A DNA stretch of 63,406 nucleotides, the filler included. It is 13 parts of 13 records of this genome, joined end to end, with 100 filler letters (N's around TTAATTAATTAA, not from the genome) between each part and the next. Parts side by side here need not be neighbours in the genome. Positions count along the whole stretch, not along the records: positions 22,474 to 25,967 come from SRR7504441_24032; positions 26,068 to 30,068 come from SRR7504441_24127; positions 30,169 to 36,217 come from SRR7504441_24159; 10 more parts are not named here. One strand, written 5' to 3'. The notes beneath the pieces are model-generated. The model did not search any database. It was not told the origin of the DNA and was given only the letters and a program-made list of their open reading frames with translations. Of the stretch, positions 23,764 to 35,767 are shown in pieces. Both the position numbers and the translations under genes were made by a program. Numbering within the stretch: position 1 is the first letter of the stretch; every line of letters starts with the position of its first letter.

Positions 23764-24912
23764 ATGGGCTTCTTCGCTCTGAGCTTCGGCTGGCTCATGC
23801 TGGGCGTCGCTGCCTCGACCAAGAACACGCCCAAGTGCAGCATCGCACCGGGCTACAACGGCGTCGTGCTGAACGTGAGCGACGGCGTGTACGACCGTTG
23901 CGCGTCGTTGGTGCTCCCCTCCAGCATGTCCGCTCCGGCGGCCGGGCTGCCCTTTCTCTTGTTCCACCACGGCGCAGGCGGCAGTGGCGCCTCTTGCGGG
24001 GGCGGGGCGCGAGACGACTTCGGGCTTTCTCTGGGCGACTACGCGGACAAGTATGGGTTCGGGCTAGTCTGCGGGGAGGCGGTGCAGGACCTGTTCGGAC
24101 ACGGCGGCCAGTGGCAGATTCCGGAGATCATGACCAACCGCACCGGCACGCCCTGCAGCGAGAGCGACTCGGTGGAGATTGCTTACCTGAAGAACGTGAT
24201 CGGGGCGCTCGGCTCGGTGGACGCGGCGGGCCGGAAGGTGGACACGTCACGCATCCTGAGCAGCGGCTGCAGCATGGGCTCGGCGTTCAGTGAGTACAGC
24301 GCGGCCTGCATGCACCAGCTCTACGGCGCCGAGCGGGTGCCGGCCTTCGCGACGCACTCGACCGGGCTCAAGATCAAGGGCGATGGAAACATCTTTCCGC
24401 CGGATAACTACAACACTTCCACCACCTGGGGCGAGTGCGACCGATGCCAGTACTTTCCTGTCGTGCCCAGAGCGCACGGCCCGAAGGCGTGCCTGAACGA
24501 CAACAAGCAGGATCCGAGTCCGAGTGACCCATTCTTCTACCGATCGACTGTCCAGATGGCACAGGTCTACGGAGCCTTGCCCGGAAACAGAGTCGAAACC
24601 TTTTACGGCAGCGGCCACCACTGCCAGATCCACTCGTTTTGGGACATTGCCAACTGCCTCGATGACGGCACCGGGTGGCTGACTCAGAACAAGAGCAAGC
24701 CAGTTGGCCCCAGCCCTGGCCCACCCCCAGGCCCCAGCCCGCCACCAAAGGCCTGCCAGGAGGCCACGGCCAAAGCGTGTGCGGCTGCCAAGAGCTCCGG
24801 CGGCAAGGCTGCGTGCAAGGCCTGCCTCACCCGCAACTTTGGGCCGCTCAGCGGTCCTTGCAAGGCGTGGGGTCCTTTCCCTAAGCTCGTGCAGTGGTAC
24901 TGCAACGCTTAG
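23764..24912 (+). CDS. Secreted alpha/beta-hydrolase esterase (LpqC / PHB-depolymerase / CE1-like)
   Basis: Signal peptide, oxyanion motif LLFHHGAGGSG, VDTSRILSSGCSMGS (GxSxG), Pro-rich linker and Cys-rich tail. Intronless. Confidence 0.7.
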   Translation: MGFFALSFGWLMLGVAASTKNTPKCSIAPGYNGVVLNVSDGVYDRCASLVLPSSMSAPAAGLPFLLFHHGAGGSGASCGGGARDDFGLSLGDYADKYGFGLVCGEAVQDLFGHGGQWQIPEIMTNRTGTPCSESDSVEIAYLKNVIGALGSVDAAGRKVDTSRILSSGCSMGSAFSEYSAACMHQLYGAERVPAFATHSTGLKIKGDGNIFPPDNYNTSTTWGECDRCQYFPVVPRAHGPKACLNDNKQDPSPSDPFFYRSTVQMAQVYGALPGNRVETFYGSGHHCQIHSFWDIANCLDDGTGWLTQNKSKPVGPSPGPPPGPSPPPKACQEATAKACAAAKSSGGKAACKACLTRNFGPLSGPCKAWGPFPKLVQWYCNA

Positions 24913-25047
24913 ACAGGTCTCGCCGCGGCAAAAGGCTAATCATTTCGAAAATTTAATTGCTCTGCATCCAATGTATGTCATCCGTCTCTAAACTATAAAA
25001 CCACACGGTTTGGTTGATTATACTTGGCTATAATGCCTCTTTGCTGC

Positions 25048-25668
25048 TTAGACTGCATGCTCCACCTCTTCTCTCAACGCCGTCTTCTCGTCCCGCTTGG
25101 CACAGTCGCGCAGACTGGCGTGCGCCGCCACCGCCAGCACCCCGAGCGACGCCCCGATCATCAGCATAACGCTCGCCCCGCAGATCCAATTCGCCGCCAT
25201 CGCCGCTGCCCCCACCGCTCGCTCGCCGGCCGGGCGGGATCTCACTGGCGCCCAGCATGATCCGCTTATCGGTGTGCGTGAGCTCGTACCCGCGGACCAC
25301 GATCAATGTGCTCGCGGCGTACCTGTAGGCGACTGCCATCAGCGCCGAGCACAGTAAGAACAGCGGGTTGCTGATCCTGCCCGCCGGTTCGCGCGGCCGG
25401 CCCGGGCTGTTACACGACGAGCGCGATGCAGCTGAGCAACAGCACCACGTAGTTCTTGAAGTACCGGCGCAGGTTGTCTGCCGGCCACGGTGGGCGGCTG
25501 CGGGCGGCGTGGGCCACCGTTAATTCGGTGCGAGAGCTGGTCAGCGTCGGAGGGCATGGCCAGCTCGTTCAGGAAGCCGCTCCACTCAGCCGTCCGAGCG
25601 ATCTGGCTCAAGTTGTCCATCGTGCGCGCCGCCTCCGCCAGCGACTTGTCGGCCATTGCCGACGACAT
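25048..25668 (-). CDS. PRA1: PRA1 (prenylated Rab acceptor) family protein
   Basis: Removing three short introns gives EWSGFL..P....RINDNLRRYFKNYVVLL...NPLFLL...AAHASLR, the PRA1 consensus. Confidence 0.75.
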
Positions 25669-25727
25669 CGCGCCTGTCTGCGTGCGAGCGGTGCCAATTT
25701 AATAACGGCAAAACGGCTTGTCAAAAA

Positions 25728-25967
25728 ATGCAGGCCGGTGCGGCGCCAGTGTGGGGCGGCGCCCCAGCTGGGGGTGTCGGACCGTATCTTCGTGGTGCAC
25801 TGCTGCTGGTGCTGCTGTGCGCCGCGCTGGCCGGCGACCCGTGCGAGGGCGGGGGGCACTCGCAGTCGCTGTGGGAGGGGTTCGGCTGGCGGGACGGGCT
25901 CGGGCTCGGACTGGCGGCGGTGGGGCTGATGGTGGCCGCGGGGGGCGGGATCGGGGGCGGCGGGATC
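25728..25967 (+). CDS. TauE/SafE (TSUP) sulfite-exporter family protein, N-terminal fragment
   Basis: Hydrophobic helix ending AAGGGIGGGGI, typical of eukaryotic TSUP proteins. Truncated by the contig end. Confidence 0.7.
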
Positions 25968-26069
25968 NNNNNNNNNNNNNNNNNNNNNNNNNNNNNNNNN
26001 NNNNNNNNNNNTTAATTAATTAANNNNNNNNNNNNNNNNNNNNNNNNNNNNNNNNNNNNNNNNNNNNTG

Positions 26070-29000
26070 GCTGGAGCGTCGGTTCAGCTGCCGTTGGTGT
26101 TTCAATCAGCAGATGGTGGAGAGATGGCCCAGTGGCTGGCTACGCTCTCTCCGTCAGGTAGTATGCGACCTTTTGATGTTGAAGCTGATGGGATGGTACG
26201 TGGTGAAGCCAGTGGCGCCCTTGTGTTGCTTCAGCAACCTGATGACTGCAAGCTGGTGGGCTCAGGGGCCAACTGCAACAATGCCCTCTCTCCGAGCGGG
26301 TTTGTGGACCTAGCCATGATCCAACAGGCGGCAATCGAGGCATTGGGAAATGCAGCAAGTAGGTCGGATCAGGTGGGAACATGTCACCCACATGCAATGG
26401 GCAACCCGGCTTCGGACCTGCCCGAATTGGCTGGGCTGGTCAAGGCATTTGGCGAGGCTGACACACCGAGCTTGGTAGTGTTAGCAGGGCACAAGGCAAA
26501 CTTCGGACACTCGCTGAACGCCGCAGGGCTGATCTCAGTGGTGGTGACTTCATTGGTGTTACAGCATGCCATGGTGCCTGTGCACCTCAAGGTTGCAACT
26601 CCTGTGCCATTTATAGCGCAAACAAAGTCGCTTTTGCTACCAGTCGAAGAGGCTGGAGTGCTGCAGCCCAGTGTCAGTGGAGTACAGCTTGGATCCATCA
26701 GTGGGACATCAGCCTCGGGCGACAATGTACACTTGGTCATGCAGCATGCGGGAGTCGAAGTAGGCAGATGCAGCTGGGCCACGGAATCCCTGAGGCGTGC
26801 ACAGCCAGAACCGGATCAGCAAGCGAGCTGTCCACAGGCACCAGCAAGCTTAGTCCATAACACCGCCAGCATGGATGACACATTAACGCAGAGGAAGACG
26901 ACACTCAGCAGAACCAACTTTGACATGGTGGTTGGTGTTGAAACCGAGGTCGTACAGCAAACCTCTTCTGGATCGGAGACGACGCATCGGGGGGCACTTG
27001 TAGACCAGATTCATAGAATTGTACAAGAGGTTGCATGTCTGTCCAACGATACTGCAGACGACGACAACCTCTTTGAGTTGGGGCTCACAAGTCAGCAGGG
27101 AGCACAGATCTTGAGCTCAATCAAATCCAAGACTGGGGTGGCACTAGAGATGTCTGACCTGTTTGTTGCACGAACAGTGCATGGACTTGTAGATGCAGTT
27201 GGTGACACCATGCACGTTCCAGTGGAGAGAGGGGACGCCAGCAGGGTCAAAGTGGACGTGAGGGACGTGCGTGCAGAAAACAACTGGTCAACCATCAAGC
27301 ACTCTGACGAGACAAATAGCTTCAAAGACTCCAAACTCACAGATGGCTGTGTGGACGTTGTAATCATTGGTGCTGGTGCATGTGGTGTGTTCCTTGCGCG
27401 TGATCTTGCAGAGTGTGGTGTCAACGCGATTATTGTAGAACAAGAGCGGCACATTGGAGGTGTCTGGTATTACAACAATTATTTTGGACTCCGCCTTCAT
27501 CAATTTGGGGCACCCTACCGCTGTGGCTCTGTTGCACCGTCGTGGATGGAATCCGAACACAATTTATTCCGACCGTCAAGAGACATGATTCTGCAATATC
27601 TACAGTCTTGCCTGTTACATCACCGAATTTCTGTACTGACTGGTATCCAGGCACACTCATGGTCATTGGTTGGCAACCTCTGGGCAACAGATTTGTCGGA
27701 TGGAACAAGTTTGGTCAGCAGAGTACTGGTACAAGCAACAGGCCTCGCTTCTGCATTTGGGGGGAAGATGGCGATCCCTCCTGGATGTACGCTCGACGCC
27801 CAAACAATCCACTCTAAGGATGCCACACTGGAAAGATTAGTAGTCAATGATCCTCAGAAGTCACAATTGTGCATCATCGGTGCTGGTAAGACTGCAGTTG
27901 ACCTGCTGAATAGTCTGAACATGTTGGGCTTTACAAGACTCACTTGGATGCATCGTGGTACAATTTACTTCAACAACAGACGCAAACTTCTAAATCCGGG
28001 AAGTTCATTTCAAGCAATTGGTGAGCGTCTGGAACTAGCATTGCGATTAGACAGACACAGTGCCTGGGAGAAGCTGGTAGACGATGGAATTCTGATCCGA
28101 CCTCGGTGTTCAACGATGAGTGACCGACCATTCAGGGGTGGTGTGTGCTCTCCAGAAGAACTGGCTGTGGCCGATCGTGCAACAACGCTTCTGGTGGAAG
28201 AAATACACCAAGTGGAGAGGGGGCAGATAACCTACAGCAAACGAGGTGCTGTTGGAAGGTCGACATTGGCCTTCGATCTTGTAGTACTGTGCACTGGTCA
28301 AAAGCGTCTCAACTTCACAACAGCAAGCCCGCCTCATGATGGACAAGGCAACTTCAAGCTGTATCCGTTTGGCCTTACAACTGTTTCACTTTGCTACATA
28401 CCCTACGTAAGTCGCGTACTTCGCTACCTTCGACACGGAGATAGCGAACCCATTCGCCTGGAAGGCATGGATGAAACACTGCCACCACCGTTTGATATCA
28501 TAAGTGCGATGCAAAACAAACTGGATTGCTTCTGTCTGTCATCAAAGCGGGAACACGACTTCAAGAACGGGGACAACGGTGCGACAGTAGAATATTACCA
28601 CGGATGGTTCAACAAAAAAATACCAGTTGCTGACCTTCTGGGCTGGGATGTGCATTTAATATCACCACCACAGCATGCGCCAACAACAACTGTAGGACCA
28701 GCTGTAGACTGCAGCATGAATGTCAGAATTGCAGGGATAGCATGCGAATTTTCTCCTTCAATCACAAATCAAACATACTTATGGAATCTTCTCATGTCGG
28801 CCGACTGTTGCATAACAGATATGCCCCCCGATAGATTTCGTCAAGCATGCAATCAAGTCGATGCACCCAGGGCAGTGCGCACAGGATCATTTATCACCTT
28901 GAGGGAAACAAATCAACAACTAGACGCTCATCTAATACAGCTTCAAGCTGCAATAGAGAGAGCCATACGTGATGCAAGCCTGCATCTCAAGGACACCAAT

Positions 29001-30068
29001 GCCAGTTCACAATGCGGCTTATTCAGCGGTATAGAGGCCTCTGATTTCATTGTCCCTGCACCATCATTTTTGGTGAGTCGCATTTTGGCATCGGCAGCAG
29101 GTATGACCGGCCCACATCTCAACTTTGCTTCAGGGTGCGCTACAGGTTACCTTGCCATGCACAACGCTGCAGCGCACATGAACAAAGGTCAGATCGACAC
29201 AGCAATTGTGGCATGCTGTGGCCTGCGGCTTAAAGCAGAAGTAGGGCAAGCTAGAATCCTGGTTAGCAGATTAGGAGTGCTGCGTCCATTAGATATGAGT
29301 TCGGATGGGACAATCTTCAGTGAAGGGTGCTGCAGCATGGTCCTGGCAACATCATCGGAGTCGACGCTCTCACGATCGTGTGCGACACTGGTAGGGTCCG
29401 CAGTTGAGTCTGTTGATGTCAAATATCCATTGGGCTTTGCTGATCCTGTAAGCATGAAAGAGGTAGCACTTAGAGCACTGGAGATTTCTCGAGTGCCACT
29501 GGACGCTGTTGGTTTCATTATTTGTCATGCAATGGGGAACCCTAGTTCAGATGCCCCTGAGTGTAAAGCAATGGTAGATGTGTACGACAAGCCGGCTGTG
29601 GGTAACAACAGAACGATGGTGAATTACAAGGCAGCATACGGTCATTGTCCCTCAAACTCTGGGATGGTTTCTGCCCTGTTGACAGGCTTAGTACTTCAGC
29701 ATAGCTGCTCACCTCGAATGCAGAGGGTGATTTCACCACTGAGGGTTTTGAAGCAAGCTCGGGTGCTGGTGCTACCACTAAAATCACCAAAATTGTTTGA
29801 TGTTGCGATCACAGAAAGAGTTGGATGTATAAACGGGACGTCTGCCTCCGGTGAGAACGTGCACTTAGTGCTTCAATGTGATGATAATTCCAGCTTACGG
29901 CCTGAAATCTCATCCTGCTGGCAAGCATCGCTACGAGCCTCTAACAGCCCAGGGTTCCGAGGCCCGCCGCCGTCGCAGGTGTTCCAAACTGCTGCCGCAA
30001 CGGATTTAGCACCCTCCTTGGGGATGGATGAGCTCCATACAGCGCTCTTTGAGCTGCACAGCGAGCTT
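26070..30068 (+). CDS. Modular type I polyketide synthase fragment: KS(partial)-ACP-flavin monooxygenase-KS-(ACP start), no AT domain
   Basis: Open across the whole contig. KS motifs RPFD..ADG.VRGE, HAMGN, KANFGH. ACP LFELGLTS. FMO motifs VVIIGAGACG, GGVWYYN.Y.GL, IHSKD, IIGAGKTAVD and DLVVLCTG. The second KS has SGCATG/HAMGN/KAAYGH. Confidence 0.9.
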
Positions 30069-30403
30069 NNNNNNNNNNNNNNNNNNNNNNNNNNNNNNNN
30101 NNNNNNNNNNNNTTAATTAATTAANNNNNNNNNNNNNNNNNNNNNNNNNNNNNNNNNNNNNNNNNNNNTACCGGCCCGCCGTCCGCAATCCCACGCGCTG
30201 CATCGCCGTGCCGTAGCCTGTTCCGAGCCGGTCTCGAGAGCAAGGCTACGAAACGACGAAACAAGGCTACGAAACAAGGCCATAATTTCTTTTTAATTTC
30301 TCGATGCAGCAGCGGGTCGTCATATTTCCCTCCTTGGAAGGCATTTGTTACTGAGTTGTTACGCGCCACCGGCTTGAGATCATCACATGGCGTCTTGAAA
30401 AGC

Positions 30404-30811
30404 ATGGCAACGCCGGGCGGTACCGAGACATGCTGCGCCTACCCCAGCGGGGCGGACCCGCTTACCGAGTTGTTTGCCGAGCCGTCCAAGATGCCGGCCG
30501 AATTGGAGCCCGGCCCCGAGTTGCTCGCTTACCTCCGGGTCCGTCGCGAGCGCGAGCAGCAGCTCCGACGGCGGGCACGCCAAAACCTGCCCGAGTACTA
30601 CGCCGGCCGAGTTGCCGAGCGACTCGCGGACAACCGGGCCGATAGGAAGCGACGACGCGAACGAGAGCCATTGGGAGGGGCGGCCAAGCGACGACGGAGT
30701 CAAACCCCCCCGGAGCCAACTGACGTTGAGCTCCTGCAACACGGCGAGCCCGAGCCGTCGGACAAGACCTGGGGCAATCTAAATCTAGCGATCGCGGTCT
30801 CGGCCAGCTGA
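30404..30811 (+). CDS. Hypothetical Arg/Glu-rich small protein
   Basis: Intronless ORF with a charged helix. No recognisable domain. Confidence 0.35.
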   Translation: MATPGGTETCCAYPSGADPLTELFAEPSKMPAELEPGPELLAYLRVRREREQQLRRRARQNLPEYYAGRVAERLADNRADRKRRREREPLGGAAKRRRSQTPPEPTDVELLQHGEPEPSDKTWGNLNLAIAVSAS

Positions 30812-31211
30812 TCTTCCGGCCCCGGCGGGAGATGCCTCCCCCCCCTCCCGGGCAGAGTCCGAAGCTTGTCAAAGCTCAAGCGACGGCACATCCACGGAAT
30901 AGTCTCTAAGTACTCTAGCAGTACGCATTAAAGCTGAAACATCAACCCTGTCCCGCGGCCATCGCACGAGCTGCGACTTGATCGACCTGGCCAGCGTTTT
31001 ATAATAAGTCCTATAATTATTGTACACAATCATTCCCCTATTGATGTCCCGTGGATTCACGTGAGACAACTGCGTACATGTAGTCGTCCAGAGTCCCCCG
31101 TCTTCGCGGGTGGGCGTGTCTAGCGGCTGCGAGGACCCCCTCGCTTCTATACGGATCAGCACTTGATCACAGCCAGGAAGTGCCTCACATCTAAACGGAA
31201 CCAGCAAGGCT

Positions 31212-32383
31212 CTAGGCGCTGCCTCGCGCCCGCAGGAACGACTTGATCTCTGGGTGCTCCTGGCAGTGGATCAGATCCCACTCGGACGAACCACAGGGAT
31301 AGCAGTCTCGCAGCTCGTGAGCCGACAGCACCGCACCAGCAAACCTGCACCCTGCTTCGAGACAGCCCCCAGCGCGAGCCCGGGCACCACTGCTCAGATG
31401 CCACCGCCGTGCGCGTCCGCTGCGGCGACCCAATTGCCGGTTGGTTCGGCTGGCTCGGCGCAGGGTTGGGTTGAGCTGGCCGCCTGTTTGGCGCCATCGG
31501 CTCTCGGCTGGCTTTGTGCCGGTGGAACACCTACCCGCCGCATGGGAGGACCGGCTGGGGCCGGTGCGCCTTGCTCAGGTAGGTCTGGGGCAGGATGCGC
31601 TCTAGAGTGCTGACCAAACTAAGAAGCCGAGACCACCAGTCGCCCTGCAGCCGGTCAGCGGCGGCAGTGCGGGACGCACCATGCTCCGCTTGCGGGCCTG
31701 GGCGCCGGCCTGACCAGAGCTGGCCATCGCTTCGAACTGGCTGAACCGCTCCTGGTCTTCATCAAGCAGATCATCCAGCTGTTTCCTGCACTGCTCCCAG
31801 TCCTTGGTACGGTCCCACTCCTGAACCCTCCAGCATGCGCCGCCGCACCGACCGACCGGCTCACCTGGAGCGCGGCGTAGGCCTTGGCCTCCTCCATGAG
31901 CATCTTGTAGGGCTGGCGCTCTTGGCGCGAGATCGAGCCGCCTACAACTTGAAGCATCCGAACCACGATCCCCCACTGGGGCGGGGTGCTGGCTTGGTTC
32001 CGTCCGATCTCCTTCAGCGCGCCCAGGTTCATCCTGTGCGCCAGCAGCTCGTTGGGCTGGACTGGGATCTGATTCCCCAGGGAGAGCGCTGCCCGACTCT
32101 CAGCGTCGCCCTGGCCCGGCGTGCCTTTCATCCCGCCCTGGTCGCCGCGGCTGGACATGAACTCGACGATCCAATTGATTACCGCCCCATCTGGCTGCCC
32201 AATCGGCCGCGGCCGCTTCTTGCCAGGCTGCGCCCGGGCCACTGCAGCACCGGTCAGTCACCCGCAGCCCCCCGAGCCACCGGCGGCCGGCTCGGGCTCG
32301 GGCTCCGAGTCCTCTATCTCCTCATCCTGCTCCTCCTCGAACTCGCCAACCGGCGGGGCCGGATTGCTTCGAGTGCGGGGCAT
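31212..32383 (-). CDS. Hypothetical multi-exon protein with NLS-like KKRPR motif
   Basis: Five short introns, including GC-AG 31531-31569, give a continuous frame from MPRTRSNP to ...KSFLRARGSA*. Confidence 0.55.
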
Positions 32384-32542
32384 CGTCTGTGACGATGGAA
32401 ACCCGCCGGCTGGTACAAGGGGCGACGGCGACGGCGCAGCCTCCTCTCCTAGCCCGGCTTGAAAAAAGTCCGTTGCCGGGCCGCGGCCGTGCACTGGCAC
32501 TGTGCGCTGCTGTCTGCTGAAGTGTAGGGGACTAGGGGTGAG

Positions 32543-35500
32543 ATGATGCCGCACCACACGCTGGCAGCGGCTCTGATGCTCCTGGCGGCAGGCCGGGCCG
32601 CGGCCAGCCCATGCCTCGGGGAGTTCGTGCTGGAGCCTGGCACAGGCGAGTGCGTTCTTGCGGCCAACAATGGCGACCCCGACGAGCCGCTGGCCTCGCA
32701 CCCGCGCTGCCCCGGCAGCTTCGCCTGTCCGGCCGGAGGGTGCGCCGACAGCCCCGCCGAGTACGCCCGGTGCGTCGGGGCCGGTTTCGTACCCGAGCGC
32801 ACGGCCCTGGGCGCGGAGGAGTCCGAGCTTCTGGACGTGCATATTGTAGCTCACACCCACGACGATACCGGCTACCTCGAGACAGTCGATGAGTATTACA
32901 ACGACAAAGTGGCGTCAATTCTGACCACTGTGACCGCCGAGCTGCAGAAAAACCCGCTCCGCAGGTTCACCTACGTTGAGACCGCCTTTCTGGCCAAGTG
33001 GTGGTCCGAGCAGTCGAACAGCACCAAGCAGGCCTTCCGCGGGCTGCTGGAGTCAGGTCAGATGGATTTCAGCAACGGAGGCTGGTGCATGCCCGACGAG
33101 GGCGCCCCGAGCTACCAAGACATGCTGGCCAATATGCAGAAAGGGCTCCGGTTTATTGTGGAACAGTTCGGACCGGAGTTCAGGCCGCGGGTTGCGTGGA
33201 GTATTGATCCTTTCGGGCACTCGTCCAGCTATGCTGTGCTCAACCGAATGTTTGGGTTTGATTTCTTTGTGGTCGGCCGGATCGACTTCCAGGAGAAGGC
33301 GGCCCGATTTGCGAGCAAGACTATGGAAACTGTGTGGAGGCCGGCCGAGGATAGCACAGGCTCGGAGATACTGACCCACGTGCTGGACCCGATACAGTTT
33401 TATAGTTACCCGCCCGGGTTTGGTTTTGAAGGCGACGCGCGCACCTGGGTCACCAGCGGGAATGTTGCGAGCCGCGCGAAGGATTTTGCGGACTTTATTC
33501 ACACCAAGGCTGCTGGGTATGCGACCAACTCTTTGCTCGTGCCGTTCGGCTCAGACTTTCAATATGCAAACGCCAGTATCAACTATGACAATATGGACCG
33601 CTTGATGGCGTTCATGAATACGCCAGAGAATCAAGCCAAGTTTGGGATGAAATTGCAATACTCGACTCCTACTCGCTACATGGAGGCGCTGAAGAGCAAG
33701 CAGGCGACTTGGCCTGTCAAGACCGACGACTTTGAGAGCTACGCCATCGGTCCGGATCAGTTCCTGGTCGGGTTCTACTCCAGCCGTCCGGACTACAAGG
33801 GCTTCATCCGACTCGCTTCGAGCCAGCTCCGGGCGGCTACTGTGGCGCTCACTGGGGCTGTGTTGCTCGATAGCTCAGGCGCACTCAGGTTGGCTGATGA
33901 ACTGGCTGCACTAGACCTGCAGCGGGACTATCTCGGGGTGGCGCAGCATCACGACGCGATCACCTCCTCGCAGCGGCGGCATGTGCATCGCGATTACATC
34001 AAACAACTTTCAATGGGTCAGGTTGCAGTGGATGGGTCGATCACCAGGACAGTGGCTGCAGCAATTGCCTCGGGAGCGGCGCCAAGATTGGTGACTTGCC
34101 CCTACTTGAACGAGAGCTCTTGCCCCTTTGCCGAGAACACCACTAGTAAAGGCCCCAATGCCAGCCTTGCTGTGGTTCTCCAGAATCCAACCGCCTTGCA
34201 AATGGAGGCTGTCACAATCAGAGTGCCCGTGGGTAGCCCAGCAGTGGTGGTCGACGGACAAGGAAATCCCGTGCCATCTCAGAACTTTCCGCCCTGGCCC
34301 ACTTCTCCGTTTGTGCACAACCAGACGCACAAAGCCCCGGCGGCTACTGTGGCGTTCCTCGCTCAAGTGCCTGCGTTGGGCTCGAGCACATATTTTGTCA
34401 AGCAAGCAGCCAATCCACCAACGCCAATTGTCCAGCCCAACCAGGGCCCAATTGTGCTGGACAACGGCATCATTCGTGCCGGGTTTGACCCATCTGGATT
34501 GTTGGCGTACATCCAGAATCTCCAGTACAACGTGACCGTGCTCTGCAATCAATCCATCAAGTACTATCGCGCCAGCACCGGTAAAAATGACTCCACCAAT
34601 CCATATTTCAGTGCTGGTGCTCAAGGCTCAGGCAATTACATCTTTCAGCCCGTTGGCTCGACTACGTATCCCTTCACAGCCTCTGGCAAGCCAGCATCAG
34701 TCGCCTATCTGAAAAGCGATGTTGTGTCGGAGGTACGGCTTGTGTGGGTAGCAGAGAGCATAGAGCAAGTGTACAGGCTTGCGAAAGGCTCCGACGTTCT
34801 CGAAGTCGAGTACCGCATCGGGCCGATCGACACCTCGGATGGTGTAGGCAAGGAGGTGATCTCGCTCTGGAGCACCGACATCGATTCTGGCGAAAAGTGG
34901 ACTTCGGACGTGAACGGCATGCTGCTCAAGACGCGCACACGCAACTCGCGGGGGCCACTGTATGTGCCCAACGGCCCCGAATATTTCAATCAGACAGACC
35001 CGGTTGCAGGCAACTATTTCGCTGTCAACACACAGGCTTATCTGACTGATGGCAAGCGCCGTTTGACGATACTGACTGATCGTTCCCAGGGAGGGACATC
35101 GCTGCAGTCTGGTGACCTGGAGCTAATGCTTCACCGGAGGCTCGTCAAGGGCTGCAGATGGGGGATGTGCGAACCCGGGCCCGACGGTAAGATGGAGGCG
35201 GCTGGGCTGAATGACGTGCTGGGGGCTCAAGTTGTGATCAAGCACTGGATCTCTGTGGACGTGCAGGCTCAAGATGGGAGCAGCCCAGCACTCACCAGAC
35301 AGCGGGCGAGGCAGCTCAACTACCCGCCGTCAGTCCTGCTGGGAGATGCCGGCTCGTCAGAGAAGTGGCCGCACAGCACTGCGACCCGACCGCTGTTGCA
35401 AGCACTGCCTCAGAACGTGGAGCTCACAACCTTCCAGCTGATGAGCGACCAAGAGGCCTTGTTGCGGCTCACACACATCCATCAGGCGAATGAGCACCCG

Positions 35501-35767
35501 ACACTCTCTCAGCCGGTGACGGTGGACATCTGCGCTGTATTCGGCTCAAAGCTGTGCTCGCGGCTCCGGAGCATGGTTGAGATGACCGCGGCTGGTGATG
35601 TACCGCTGGACACCATCACACGGCACAAGTGGAGTGCTGCCGCAGACGATGCACACAGGCCTGATGTGCCAACAACTAGAACAGCCAGCAATACGTCCAT
35701 CTCGTTGCACCCGGGAGCAATTCGCACCTTCCAGCTACTGCTCGCACCTATGCTACATGCACATTAG
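32543..35767 (+). CDS. MAN2B1: Lysosomal-type alpha-mannosidase, glycoside hydrolase family 38
   Basis: Signal peptide, VHIVAHTHDDTGYLETVDEYY, RRFTYVE, NGGWCMPDE, AWSIDPFGHS, QHHDAIT, DRSQGG and LELMLHRR. Intronless, 1074 aa. Confidence 0.95.
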   Translation: MMPHHTLAAALMLLAAGRAAASPCLGEFVLEPGTGECVLAANNGDPDEPLASHPRCPGSFACPAGGCADSPAEYARCVGAGFVPERTALGAEESELLDVHIVAHTHDDTGYLETVDEYYNDKVASILTTVTAELQKNPLRRFTYVETAFLAKWWSEQSNSTKQAFRGLLESGQMDFSNGGWCMPDEGAPSYQDMLANMQKGLRFIVEQFGPEFRPRVAWSIDPFGHSSSYAVLNRMFGFDFFVVGRIDFQEKAARFASKTMETVWRPAEDSTGSEILTHVLDPIQFYSYPPGFGFEGDARTWVTSGNVASRAKDFADFIHTKAAGYATNSLLVPFGSDFQYANASINYDNMDRLMAFMNTPENQAKFGMKLQYSTPTRYMEALKSKQATWPVKTDDFESYAIGPDQFLVGFYSSRPDYKGFIRLASSQLRAATVALTGAVLLDSSGALRLADELAALDLQRDYLGVAQHHDAITSSQRRHVHRDYIKQLSMGQVAVDGSITRTVAAAIASGAAPRLVTCPYLNESSCPFAENTTSKGPNASLAVVLQNPTALQMEAVTIRVPVGSPAVVVDGQGNPVPSQNFPPWPTSPFVHNQTHKAPAATVAFLAQVPALGSSTYFVKQAANPPTPIVQPNQGPIVLDNGIIRAGFDPSGLLAYIQNLQYNVTVLCNQSIKYYRASTGKNDSTNPYFSAGAQGSGNYIFQPVGSTTYPFTASGKPASVAYLKSDVVSEVRLVWVAESIEQVYRLAKGSDVLEVEYRIGPIDTSDGVGKEVISLWSTDIDSGEKWTSDVNGMLLKTRTRNSRGPLYVPNGPEYFNQTDPVAGNYFAVNTQAYLTDGKRRLTILTDRSQGGTSLQSGDLELMLHRRLVKGCRWGMCEPGPDGKMEAAGLNDVLGAQVVIKHWISVDVQAQDGSSPALTRQRARQLNYPPSVLLGDAGSSEKWPHSTATRPLLQALPQNVELTTFQLMSDQEALLRLTHIHQANEHPTLSQPVTVDICAVFGSKLCSRLRSMVEMTAAGDVPLDTITRHKWSAAADDAHRPDVPTTRTASNTSISLHPGAIRTFQLLLAPMLHAH

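Noticed and set aside
30241-30280. CAAGGCTACGAAA short repeats near a contig start, suggesting a mobile-element end
   Set aside because: No transposase, integrase or terminal inverted repeat is recognisable nearby.
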